Of a stretch of DNA of 64,000 nucleotides, positions 14,035 through 26,449 are shown one piece after another (within the stretch, counting starts at the first letter, position 1; each line of letters begins with the position of its first letter). The notes beneath the pieces were generated by a model that searched no databases, was not told the origin of the DNA, and worked only from the letters and a program-made list of their open reading frames with translations. Source of the stretch: the human T2T-CHM13v2.0 reference genome, Homo sapiens; the NCBI RefSeq assembly GCF_009914755.1, contig NC_060942.1; one strand, 5' to 3'. The position numbers and the translations under genes were made by a program.

Positions 14035-15603
14035 TGTGTCCGGAATTGGTGGGTTCTTGGTCTCACTGACTTCAAGAATGAAACCGCGGACCCTTGCGGT
14101 GAGTGTTACAGCTCTTAAGGTGGCGCCTCTGGAGTCTGTCCCTTCTGATGTTCGGATGTGTTCTGAGTTTCTTCCTTCTGGTGGGTTCGTGGTCTCGCTG
14201 GCTCAGGAGTGAAGCTGCAGACCTTCACAGTGGGTGTTACAGCTCTTAAGGCAGCGCGTCTGGAGTTGTTCGTTCCTCCCGGTGGGCTCGTGGTCTCGCT
14301 GGGCTCAGGAGTGAAGCTGCAGATCTTCGCAGTGAGTGTTACAGCTCATAAAAGCAGCGTGGACCCGAAGAGTGAGCAGTAGCAAGATTTATTGCAAAGA
14401 GCGAAAGAACAAAGCTTCCACAGTGTGGAAGGGGACCTGAGCGGGTTGCCAATGCTGGCTCGGGCAGTCTGCTTTTATTCTCTTATCTGGCCCCACCCAC
14501 ATCCTGCTGATTGGTAGAGCCGAGGGGCCTGTTTTGTCAGGGCGCTGATTGGTGCGTTTACAATCCCTGAGCTAGATACAAAGGTTCTCCACGTCCCCAT
14601 CAGATTAGTTAGATACAGAGTTTCGACACACAGGTTCTCCAAGGCCCCACAAGAGCAGCTAGATACAGAGTGTCGACTGGTGCATTCACAAACCTTGAGC
14701 TAAACACAGGGTGCTGATTGGTGTGTTTACAAACCTTGAGCTAGATACAGAGTGCTGATTGGTGTATTTACAATCCTTGAGCTAGACATAAAGGTTCTCT
14801 GCTTCCTCACCAGAGCAGCACTTCCTCACCAGAGCAGCTAGATACAGAGTGTCGATTGGTGCACTCACAAACCTTGAGCTAAACACAGCGTGCTGATTGG
14901 TGTATTTACAATCTGTGAGCTAGATATAAAGACTCTCCATGTCCCCACCAGACTCAGGAGCCCAGCTGTCTTCACCTAGTGGATCCCGCACCAGGGCTGC
15001 AGGTGGAGCTGCCTGCCAGTCCTGCGCCATGCGCTGGCATTCCTCAGCCCTTGGATGGTCGATGGGACTGGGCGCCGTGGAGCAGGGGGTGGCGCTCGTC
15101 GGGGAGGCTCCGGCCGCACAGGAGCCCATGGAGTGGGTGGGAGGCTCAGGCATGGCGGGCTGCAGGTCCCGAGCCCTGCCCCTTGGGAAGGCAGCCAAGG
15201 CCCGGCGAGAAATCGAGCACAGCGTCGGTGGGCGAGCACTGCTGGGGGGACTCAGTACACCCTCCGCGGCCACTGGCCCGGGTGCTAAGTCCCCCATTGC
15301 CCGCAGCCGGCAGGGCTGGCTGGCTGCTCCGAGTGCGGGGCCCACCAAGCCCACCCCCACCTGGAACTCCAGCTGGCCCGCAAGTGCCGCACACAGCCCC
15401 GGTTCCCACTCGTGCCTCTCCCTCCACACCTCCCTGCAAGCTGAGGGAGTGGGCTCCGGCCTTGGCCAGCCCAGATAGGGGCTTCCACAGTGCAGTGGGG
15501 GACTGAAGGGCTCCTCAAATGCCACCAAAGTGGGAGCCCAGGCAGGGGAGGTGCCGAGAGCAAGCGAGGGCTCTGAGGACTGCCAGCACACTGTCACCTC
15601 TCA
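14035..15603 (-). mobile_element. LTR12C solo LTR (1569 bp) nested in the outer LTR12
   Basis: Complete termini; TSD gcac (14031-14034) / gcat (15604-15607). Confidence 0.92.
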
Positions 15604-17757
15604 GCATAGCTGGGGGGACCCGGTGTACCCTCCGCAGCTGCTGGCCTGGGTGCTAAGCCCTTCACTGCCTGGGGCCAGCGGGCCCACCGGCCGCTCCCAG
15701 TGCGGGGCCCGCCAACCTCATACCCACGCGGAACACTAGCTGGCCGGCAAGTGCCTCGTGCTGCCCTGGTTCTCAACCCTGCCTCTCCTTCCACACCTCC
15801 CCACAGGCTGAGGAAGCCAGCTCCAGCCTTGGCCATCCCAGGAAGGGGCTCCCACAGTGCAGCAGCGGGCTAAAGGGCTCCTCAAGCGTGGCCAGAGTTG
15901 GCGCCAAGGCCGAGGAGGTGCCAAGAGTGAGCGAGGGCTGCCAGCACGCTGTCACCTCTCACTATGGCTGCTAATTTTTAAAATTTTTGTAGAGAAGGGG
16001 TTTCATCATGTTGCTCAGGCTGGGCTAGAACTCCTAGCCTCTGGAAGTGCTGGGATTACAGGCGTGAGCCACTGTGCGGGCCTAAGCATAACTTTCAAAT
16101 AATAACTCCAGCAAGAGAGAGACATGCAGTAAGCATGGTGAAACAAGCACCTCAGTTTAAATCCCCCAAATCCTTCACTATGGCCAGTGCCAGAGAGCCT
16201 TTCTATAGGAATACAATGTGAGCAGCTTCAGTGGGGCATATCTGCCGACCAGCCTGGGGTTAGAGCTGAGCACTACCTGAGTGAGTGGCAAGTTGACTGT
16301 AACAAGAGATTCAATATCAGCCACTATCAATGAGAGTTGTAACTCAGGTGGTGATTCTGGAACTGTGTCACTCTTCTAGTCTTCCATTTTGGAATGAATG
16401 CAAGGTCTACCTCGTTTTTCATACAAGGAATTCTGCTGAATTCAACTCTTCCCAATGCCAGAGACCCCAATTTAAAGCTGTGACTCACTGGCAGCACTTT
16501 AAGCCGCTACTGGAAATTCTTATAGAGTGAGGAAGATATTCAACTGACAAAGGCATTTTCAGTCATCATATTTTGTGGGTCCAGGCTTTCAAGTGTGAAG
16601 GTGAAAATTTTGGATATGTGGAAGAATATCAGCTGGATAAAAATAATACGCTGGTCTACATCGCAGTTTGCAGGCCCTGGCAAGACTGGACCTGTCGTCC
16701 AGATGGTTTACCTCATGGTCAGGAAGAAGAGTCATGCTGGCCCTCAGATGATTTAACACCCCCACTGTGGGCCATCCTCACAGATCAAAAGCAGTGGCAA
16801 GAGTTCCACATTCACTTCTCTGAGGTTAAATTGGTGTTGATAGGGAAGCATGCTTTCTCTTAAACTGTTTTTCAAATTTTATCTAACATGAATGAAATTC
16901 ATCTTGCAACATTTGTAGTGCACAAAAGAGTAGCTATCGGAATGACCTGTGTTACTTTTGCTAACTGGGTTAAATATTTTGCTAGCTGGTTAAACGTTAA
17001 TATTTACCAACATGGAACTCTAAGGGAGGATAAGTAAGAGTGCTTTTCTAAATTGGCACTGGCTCCACTGTAATTGGACTTTTCGAGATTTTTGTGTTTG
17101 GTTTCTTTATTCTTTACTCAGGTTTAAACCTTAGGAAGGGAAATCTTTGGTCTTAATACTTGTAAGTGATGAAGATTAGTTAAATGTTATGTTGACATAT
17201 TTAAGAAATTTAAGATAATAGAGAAACAGTCTGACCCAAGAAAATGAAAATATGAAATGTTTAAATTAAGCTTTGAAAACCAGGTCAGGCCTGGCCCACA
17301 TGGAATGAACAGTTAAGCATTTTAGCATTACAAAGCTAATTGGGCATATCCTTTGATATTTTTGATGCTCTACCATTTAAGAGCTGGTACTTTATAAAAT
17401 ATAAAAATGGGTGGTATTTTTATTTCTTTTGTAAAGTGATTTTTCAGTGTTCTGTTTGAAGTTTAGGGTGATCCTATTTCTATATAATACAATAATAGAT
17501 TTCACTCTATTGATCTATCTACTTACAGCTTGGTTGAGGTTGTACATTCTAAGGATCAGTTCACATATGATACCTTGCCTGTAACAATGCTAATACAAAG
17601 TCTCTTTGCTAAAAAATTACTTCTGTGATACTTTTTTTGGATTAATAGATGCATTCAAGTTTTACATGAGGCCTAGAGCAAGAGAGAGTACTATAGCAAG
17701 TTCAAGCTATGGTTCAAGATGCTCAGAGAATAGATTATGATCTAAGAGATTGAATTG

Positions 17758-18064
17758 GGCTGGGCCTGATGGCTCAGCCTATAATCACAGCACTTTGGGA
17801 GGCTGAGGCAGATGGATCACTTGAGGTCAGGAGTTTGAGACCAGCCTGGCCAACATGGTGAAACCCGGTTTCTACTAAAAATACAAAAAAAAATTGCTGG
17901 GCATGGTGGTGTGCCTGTAATCCCACCTATCGGGAGGCTGAGGCAGGAGAATTGCTTGAACTCAAGAGGTAGAGGTTGCCGTGAGCCCAGATTGTGCCAT
18001 TACACTCCAGCCTGGGCGACAGAGCAAGACTCAGTCTCAAAAAAAAAAAAAAAAAAGAAAGAAA
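17758..18064 (+). mobile_element. AluS inserted in ERVL pol
   Basis: Full dimer with A tail; TSD ~agattgaattg / agattggattg. Confidence 0.95.
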
Positions 18065-18814
18065 GATTGGATTGTGCTGAAGATAAGTGTTATACCTGTA
18101 AATGTGAGTGACAGCACAGACCTCTAGAGTTCTCAAGCAGAGCCATACCCTCCATGGTACAAAGTAACTTTCCATTTAGAAAACATCTCTTAATGTGCTA
18201 CTGGTCATTGATGGAACCTGACAACTTACAATGGGACATGGGGCAGAGCCTATGCAATCAAAATTTTGTGGCATGAGCTGGATATTATTAGATCCACTAA
18301 TTCATAAGGACAGGTGATAGTTGAACAATCCATTAGATGAAGGACGTGAGTATTTGGAACTAGCTTGAGTTGTTTTAGTAGGAGTAAGTAAATTACATGA
18401 ACAAGTGACTTAGACTCCCATGTTACCACCTTTGTGGTTCAGTTCATACCTGGGGCTTGCTGAGATTCCTCATGACCAAATAACTGAGGAGGAGTCTTGG
18501 TTCTTATTTACAAATGAATCTGTATGAGATATTAGAGCTAGCTAGCCAGAAATAAACTGCTACCATATCACACTCCCAAAGTAAGGCTGAAAGGTCAGTG
18601 GTGAACGGAAATCTTCTCTGTGGGCAAAGGTTGGTCTTCCAGTTGATACGGAAGAAAGGCAGCCTTAGGTAAACACACTTCAAATGCGAAATGGCTTGGT
18701 GAGTTGTTTTGAAGCCTAAAGAAACAAACCTGAAAAATCTGTCAATAGCAGAGATTGATGCTGAGCCCCTCATATATCACTGTTGCTCAGTCTAGAGTTT
18801 AGTTACTTGGCTAA

Positions 18815-18955
18815 GGTTGGTTTCTTAGTTTTCACAAATGCAATGTGATAAGATAGTAGTAACTAAAATTGGGTGAAGGTCATATAGGAACTCTCTGTAC
18901 TATCGTTGTAACTTGTCTGTAAATCTAATATTCCAAAATAAATAGTTTATTACAA
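18815..18955 (+). mobile_element. L1MC-like 3' end fragment
   Basis: ggaactctctgtactat...ctgtaaatctaa...ttccaaaataaa. Confidence 0.6.
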
Positions 18956-19334
18956 AAGAGTCAATGGCATGAATAAAATGAGAATAAACCTCATTTAGTG
19001 AAAATATCTGTTCTTTTCAAGATAAGTATGATTCAAGTACTGAGAAGGCCCATTGGGAAATTTCCTTTTACTTTTTCATCTTTTAAAAATTTCTGTTTGG
19101 TTAGCCAAGCACTGTTTAACCAAGAGTTGTCATGATTTAAATATATCAGTCCATACATTTAGATATCCAAACATTTTTTTCTTGATATTAGGTTCTATTC
19201 TAAAAAATAATATTTTCATCAAAATGTGCATCAAAACAACCTAGTTAAATAGATCTGAATATTTCTGAGAGAAGAGTAGAAATAAGCTCAATATAGCATT
19301 GATTTCACTATGCAATATTGAGCATATTATCCTC

Positions 19335-19439
19335 AAATGTATATTTTTATGCTGTCAATGAAATGAAATAAATGTATATTTTTATGCTGTCAAAGAAAAG
19401 AAATAAATGTATATTTCTATTCTGTCAATGAAATGAAAC
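19335..19439. repeat. 35-bp tandem repeat x3
   Basis: aaatgtatatttttatgctgtcaatgaaatgaaat and close variants at 19335, 19370 and 19405. Confidence 0.95.
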
Positions 19440-21729
19440 AAAAACAAAACAAAATAATACACTCATTATTTTTGGCACACAGTCCTCCTCTACTGCTTTC
19501 TTTCTGACTGTCAAATGCAGCAAAGAAGAACTGACTAAACCTGAGTAAATTCTGATTATATTGTGTGGGTGAGGGAAAAAATTCTAGAGTTGGGAAACTT
19601 GGATTCTGTGTTTCGAATAAATCACAAAACCTTGTTTAATATGGGTGTCTTCATAATATAGTACCTATCTCATAAGCTTTATGACCAGGTCTAAAAGTTA
19701 ATGCATAAATTATTTGTAACGGTGCCTAACATCTAAGACAGCACCCTAGAAATATAATTTAATGTTTTTGGAAATCCATTGTAACCAAATCCACTATTAC
19801 TTAGAGTCTGCCAATTCTGTCTATACAAAGACCACCAAGAACATATCTGTACCTGAAAAAGTTGGGTTTATTGTTTATTGCAGAGAGAGAAGATGCATTC
19901 CATGGGGTTGGGCAACAGTTTTCAAATCTAATACTCTTTTCACAGCATCTTGCTGACTAGATGGTATTTAGAAGTGCATGCTTCAGTTGCACCATGATGT
20001 TTAAAGAACTCTTCAAGCTGCCACCTGAAAACTGTCCTTGGAATCAGATGTAGAGTTGAGTCTGTTACACACCTGAAGTAGGATGTGTGTGTTAAAATCA
20101 TGAGTATGGGACAGACGTGATCCTGCTTAACTGGTAGATACAGAAATCTTAGAGTTTCAGCATATGAACTCTTGTAGATACAAGCAACTCTGAACACCAG
20201 AGCAAAAACATGAATTCTGCCCTGCCCCAAGAGGGGTGGTAAATGACATGTCTATAGTGCTTCTTTGCTTAAGAATTGAAGAGCTGTATTTGCTATTTAC
20301 AGGACGTAATGAATGACAGTTGGGAAACTTCTCTTTTAACCCTTTAAGTCTGTTGCATAGAAGTCAGCCCTTCTGATAACTTCTATTTTCCATTCCCTTG
20401 TTCCTCACTTTCTCTTTGATAGTCATTTTCTAATCACTCCCATTGTTGTTAGGTGGCTATTGATTTTCCAGTGATGACAATCTTTAAACAGTAGTTTACT
20501 TTCCCCAGGCTTTAGGTCATTCTGGAGCTATGTCCACCTATGTGAGCCCAGTACATATTTCACATGCCAGAGCTCTAAGTAAACTCTAAATAACAGAATA
20601 TATGATGAGTGAAAATGTGCTCACAAGTAGCCTCACTCAGTGAATATGTAAGTACTAAAAGGGACTTTTTGGAGGCTTTGGCTTAAAACAGTGACTGTAC
20701 TGAAGGGAATTTCAGACAGAATAGGAAACAATGGGCTGTTTTGAAACAGATATGATCTTGTGCCGCCTCATGGATTCTCACATCCTCCAACTGCTGATAA
20801 GATTGTGATTAAATATTTTCTGTCAAGAAATTGCTGGAGAAAATTGCTGAACCATAACTATACTCCCAAGGCTATGAGGAACAAGCAGCCACCCTGCCGA
20901 TGTGAATTTGCTTCTGTCTTTATGACATATATCTAATTCTATCTTGAAAGATTTGCTTGAATTGTCTTTTCATCCATTTCTTGATCCCTCTTAATTTTTC
21001 TCTCTAAATTACATCTTCATACATGTTTTCTTTCTGAAGAATAAAACATTCACTTATTTCAAGTAGTAAAACCAGTCGAAAAATCTCTCCTTATGTAACT
21101 TTTCACACTTGTAACTATTGTCATTCTTTCTAGAAAAACAAAATAGTCTTCTTAGTATTTTTTCTTTATACTCTTGTAGTAATTTTACAAAGTTAGGACT
21201 CTGAAAATGATTATGAAAAATGCCTTTCTCTGCCTTGGGGTATATGACTGATAGTGAATATTTACCATAAAACCAGTGGTTTTAATTTATCCACCAGTAA
21301 CTTCATCTTTAATAATATGAAATTGGAAATGCCGACATTCTGTGGTGACAGTTTTGCTTCAATTGCTATGAGCTCATATAAGTAATTGAAGAGACTTATA
21401 AAGGCAGTTATTTTCTATGTTCATTGTGAAAAATAATATCTAGTAAATGTGGTTTTTCTAATGGCAGCATGATCTCCCAAAAGTAATACTGGAGAAACTT
21501 AAAAAGCCAGAGAGAAATTCTGATTTTAGGAAGCAGCCATAATAGTATGAGAAATTCCTGGGGAGATTAAAGACTATCTTAAGCTGGCATATGAAGGGTA
21601 GGGTAGTCTGTGGGTAATTGCAGCCGGGGAAGAGGACAGGTTAAGATGACAGTGAGGGCTTTGATTGGATAACTTTTTTTTTGGTAAACTTAAGGTATAA
21701 ATTGCCCCCATCGCCTTTTCTCATCAGTT

Positions 21730-23600
21730 CTCCTGCCTCACACGATAACCGGTGTTCTGATTTTTATCACTATAGATGAGTTTGACCTATTCTTAAACTT
21801 AATATACACAGAATTATAAAGTATATATATTTCTCTGCCCGGTTTCTTTTACACAGCATGTCTGTGAGATTCATCCATGTTGTCAAATGTACCTGAGTTT
21901 ATTCCATTTTATTGCTAGATCATGTTCCATTATATAAATAGAGCACAATATTTTTTTTCCCTTTCTCTGGATAGACATTTGAGTTATGTCATGTTTTAGG
22001 CTATTATGAATAAACCATGCATGGATATTCTTTTGTGATGCTTTTTGTGGATATAAGCTTTTACTTACAAAGGAAACTGTTTGGAATGGAAATTCTGGGT
22101 CATAGTATGGGGCACAATGTATTACATTTTATAAGAAACTTTCAAAGAGTTTTCCAACACAGTTGTACCATTGTTAACATTTATCAGCAATGTATGAGAG
22201 TTCCAATTGCTCTACATTCTTTTCAAGATTTGGTATTGATAGTCTTTTTAAACTGAAACGGTATACTGAGGGTGAGGCAATATCTTCTGGTTTTTCATTT
22301 TCAATTATCTGATAACTGGATTTGGAGTAGTATCACATGTGCTTATTGGTCATTTATAGAAATTCTTGTTTTTTTTTGAATTGCTAACATCTTTTGCCCA
22401 CTAAAAAAAATTGAAATGTCTTTTTATTTTCGATTTAAGCCAAGTTTTTAATATTTGTTACTATATACAAATCCTTTTTCAGATATATTTATTGCAAATA
22501 TTTTCTGCCCATCTGCTGGTTTTCCTTTTCACTTTCTCAACAGAGTTTGGGCAAACAAAAGTTTTTAATTTTGTTGAAGTTCAGTTTATCCATGTTTTCT
22601 TAAATGGTCAGTGCTTTTTGTGTCCTATCTTAAATATTTTCTTAAACTTAAAATATTTTCTTCTACATTTTCTTCTAGGTGATTTGGAGTTTTCTTTTTG
22701 TTATTTAGGTATACAATGTGACTCAAATTAATTCTTTACTGGTGTGATATATAGCACATTTTTAATACTTTTTTAATATAGATATCTAGTTTTCCCAGCA
22801 CAATTTGTTCAAAAACTTCTTTTCTCTATTACACTACATGGCTAATTATTTTAAAAGTCAGTGAATCCTAATGCGTTGATGTACCTTTGCAATCTATTCT
22901 CTTCTATTGACTGACTCAACAATCCACATTTTAGTACCACATGATTTCAGTGCAGCGCTTTAGAGTGAGTCCTAAAATCAGATCTGCAAATTCTCCAACT
23001 TCTTTTTCAAGGCTATCTTTGTCATTACCATGTTGTCGCATTTTCAAACAAATTTTAGAAAAAGCTTTTCAATTTCTACAAAGAAGAAAATACTGGGGAT
23101 TTAACTGGGGTAGCATATAACCTATAAAACATTTTTAAGAAGAGTTGGCATTTCAGTATTTAGTATTCAATTTCGTGGTATATTTTTATTTATTGCTTTA
23201 GTGTATTTAATTTCTTACAACAATGTCCCTAGTCTCCACTGAGGGAGGTTTTTACATCTTTTATTAAAATTATTACTAAAAGTATATGATATATTTTGGT
23301 GCTTTTCTAAAGGGCATTATTTATATTTTATCATCTAATTTTTATTTCTTCCATATAGACATAAAACTGATTTTTTTCGTATTTACTTTGTATCTTGAGA
23401 CTTTGCTAAATTTCTCTATGAGTTCTAGTAAAATAATTTTGTAATTTTCTTTGGAGTACACACCATATTATCCTATAAGAATAATTAGAGTTGTATTTCC
23501 TTATTTCCCATCTTGATGCTTTTTTGTTTGTTTGTTTGTTTGTTTGTTTGTTTTTCTCTATGGATAGGTTCTGAGTACAGTGTTTAACATGAGTGGTAAG
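21730..23600 (-). mobile_element. Old L1 (L1ME/MD-like) 3' end and ORF2 fragment
   Basis: Antisense L1 3' UTR/ORF2 motifs (gagattcatccatgttg, cagcaatgtatgagagttccaattgct, tttcccagcac). Confidence 0.75.
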
Positions 23601-23679
23601 ATGGATCCCTTTGTCTTCCAAGCGATTAATATGATAAGACTGATGTATGACTCTAATCAAATATATTTAAAAATTAATA

Positions 23680-26040
23680 CAGGCATATGTGTTTTATTGT
23701 GCTTCACTTTATTGTGTCTTTTATAAATTGAAATTCATAGCAACCCTGCATCGAGAAAGTTTATTGACACCATTTTTCCAATGGCATGTGTTCACTTAGT
23801 GTCTCCGTGTCACATTTTGGTAATTTCCACATTATTTCAAACCATATATATATATATATATGTTATGGTCATCTGTGATCTTTCATGTTACTATTGGAAT
23901 TGCTATGGGGCACCATGAACTACCCACATATAAGATGCGGAATAATAAATAAATGTTGTATGTGTTCTGACTGTTACACTGTCCGACTGTTCACTGTCTC
24001 CCTCTCCTTGGACATTCCTATTCCTTGAGACACAGCAATATTGAAATTAGGCCAATGAATAACTCTGCAATGGCCTCCACGTGTTTACATGAAGGGAAGG
24101 GTCATGTGTCTCATACTTTAAATCAAAAGCTAGTAGTGATTAAGCTTAGTGAGGAAGGCATATCAAAAGCCAAAATAGACTGAAAAGCTAGACCTCTTAC
24201 ACTGAACGGCCAAGTCATGAATACAAAGAAGTTCTTGAGGAAAATTATAAGAGCTACTCCAGTGAACACATGAATTATAAGAACGCAAAACAGCTTTGTG
24301 TCTGATACAGAGAAAGTTTTAGCAGTCTGGAAAGAAGATCAACCAGCCACAACATTCCCTTAAGCTAAAGACAAATCCAGAGCAAGACTTGGTCTCTCTT
24401 CAATTCTGTGAAGGCTGAGAAAGGAGAGGAAGCTGCAGAAGAAAAGTTTGAAGCTAGCAGAGGTTGGTTCATGAGGTTTAAAGAAAGAAGCCATTTTCAT
24501 AACACAAAAGAACACGGTGAAGCAGCAAAGGCTGATTGACCTTCTGTAGCAAGTTATCCCAAACATCTAGCTAAGACAATTAGTGAAGGTGGCTACATTA
24601 AACAACAGATTTTCATTGTATACAATCCCTTCTTCTGTTGGAAGAAGATGCCATCTAGGACTTTCATAGCTGGAGAGAAGGGGACAGTGCCTAGCTTGAA
24701 AGCTTCAAAGGGCAGGCTGACACTCTTGCTAGGGGCTAATGTAGCTGGTGACTTTAAGTTGAAGCTAATGCTTAGTTACTATTTTGAAAATCCTAGGGCC
24801 CTTGAAAATTACACTCAATCTATTTTGTTTGTGCTTTGTAATTGAAAAAACAAAGCCTGAATGTCAGCATATTTGTTTATAGCATGGTTTGCTAAATATT
24901 TTAAGCCCACCATTGAGAACTATTACTCATAAAAAAATTCCTTTCAAAATATTACTATTCATGACAATACACCTGATCACCCAAGATATATGATGGAGAT
25001 GTACAAGGAGATTAATGTTATTTTTATACCTGTTAACAGAACATCCGTTCTGCAGCCTGTGGATCAGGGAGTAATTTTGACATTCTAATCTTATTATTTA
25101 AGAAATATATTTCATAAGGGTATTGCTGCCAAAGATAGTGATTCCTCTCATGGATCTCGGTGAAATAAATTGAAAACCTTTTAGAAAGGATTCAACATTA
25201 TAGATGCCATTAAGAACATTTTTGACTCATGAAAGGGGGTCAAAATACCAACATTAACAGAAGTTAGAAGAAGTTGAGTCCATCACTCATGGATGACTTT
25301 GAGGGGTTCAAGACTTCAGTGGAGGTAGTTAACTGCAGATGTGGTAAAAATAGCAAGAGAACCAGAATTAGAAGTAGAGCCTGTGATGTTTCTGAATTGC
25401 TTCAACCTCATTATTTAATTTACTGGACGAGGAGTTGCTTCCTATGGATGGGCAAGAAAGTGGTTCTTGAGGTGGATTCTACTCCTAGTGAAGATGCTGT
25501 GAACATTGTTGAAATGACAGCAAAGGATTTAGAATGTTACCTAAATTTAGTTGATAAAACAGCCACAGGGTTTGAGAAGATTGACTCCAATTTCGAAAGA
25601 ACTTCTGCTATAGGTAAAATACTATCATACAGCATCACATGTTACAGAGAAATCTTTCATGAAAGGAGGAGTCAATCAATGCAGCAAACTTCATTGGTGT
25701 CTTGATTTAAGAAATTGCCACAGCCACCTCACCTTCAGCAACCACTACCCTAATCAGTCAGCAGTCATCAACTTTGAGGGAAGTCCTTCAACCAGCAAAA
25801 AGATTACAGTTCACTGAAGGCTTAAATGATTGTTAGCATTTTATAGCAATAAAGTGTTTTAAAAATTATGTACTTTTCGTAGACATAATGCTTTTTTTTA
25901 CTTAACAGACTGAAGTATAGGGTAACATAACTTTTATATGCACGGAGAATCTTAAAAATGTGTGTAGGTCCCTTTTTTGTGATACTTGCTTTATTGCAGT
26001 GGTCTGGAATTGAGCTTGCAATATTGCCAGGGTATGCCTT
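23680..26040 (+). mobile_element. Near-full-length Tigger1 DNA transposon with a dead transposase
   Basis: TA|caggcata ... gtatgcctt|TA termini; ORF 24648-24845 MPSRTFIA...[18 protein letters not shown] is Tigger1 transposase; many stops. Confidence 0.95.
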
Positions 26041-26449
26041 TATCAAAAATTGCTACTAGTTCCATATAATTGTGACTAAATGGCACTAGCTAAATTTTGA
26101 TTATGAAGAAAATGATAGATTAATTAAGAAGCAGAAGTCAGTGATAATAAAAGTATTGCATGTTAAAAGTAGAATATAATCAAGGTAATGCTGTCTTTAG
26201 AAGAAACATTATAGTTTTGAATACATAAATGGTGAAATTATAATTTAAAAAATAAGTAATCTAAGTATTAAACTTAATAAGTAAGATAAACCAAAAGGGA
26301 GCAATTCCAAATTTCAAAATGCACGTTTACTCACATCTTAACATTTCTGAAATCAGGATGCATCTTGCTATACATAAGCATGAATTGTTCCAAGTTTTCA
26401 TAGATAATGGTGATATTTATAATAAATATTATTTTTTATTCAATGAAAT

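Larger units (their letters stand above)
12923..15961 (-). mobile_element. LTR12 (HERV9) solo LTR, outer copy (LTR12D-like): 12923-14034 plus 15604-15961
   Basis: tgtgtccggaattggtggg...gtcacctctca ends; perfect TSD ctat at 12919-12922 and 15962-15965. Confidence 0.92.
12776..16082 (-). mobile_element. AluJ, split by nested LTR12 elements (arms at 12776-12922 and 15962-16082)
   Basis: J-type gatcatggctcactg and cctcccacctcagcc; degenerate TSD caggcatacctttc / taagcataactttc. Confidence 0.85.
10704..17616 (+). pseudogene. Putative old processed (retrocopied) transcript of an unidentified gene, ~2.5 kb in three pieces (10704-10769, 11791-12775, 16097-17616)
   Basis: Interrupts ERVL pol at TT/AAAA; degenerate TSD aaaaatagtt (10694-10703) / aaaaattactt (17612-17622); GC-rich 5' part, nearly open frame 16303-16863, AT-rich tail, AATACA at 17592 before a short A run. 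Parent gene not recognised. Confidence 0.55.

Noticed and set aside
14920-15955. Many overlapping 60-225 aa ORFs on both strands
   Set aside because: All lie in GC-rich LTR12 U3 sequence, where stop codons are scarce; a familiar artefact.
12398-16863. Short peptide resemblances of the retrocopy-like block to SOCS5, STRADB, HDAC1/2 and DIPK proteins
   Set aside because: Only scattered 4-6 residue matches with the wrong spacing or order; no gene symbol is justified without a search.
24648-25705. Transposase ORFs as a domesticated TIGD1-like gene
   Set aside because: Multiple stops and frameshifts within an ordinary Tigger1 copy.
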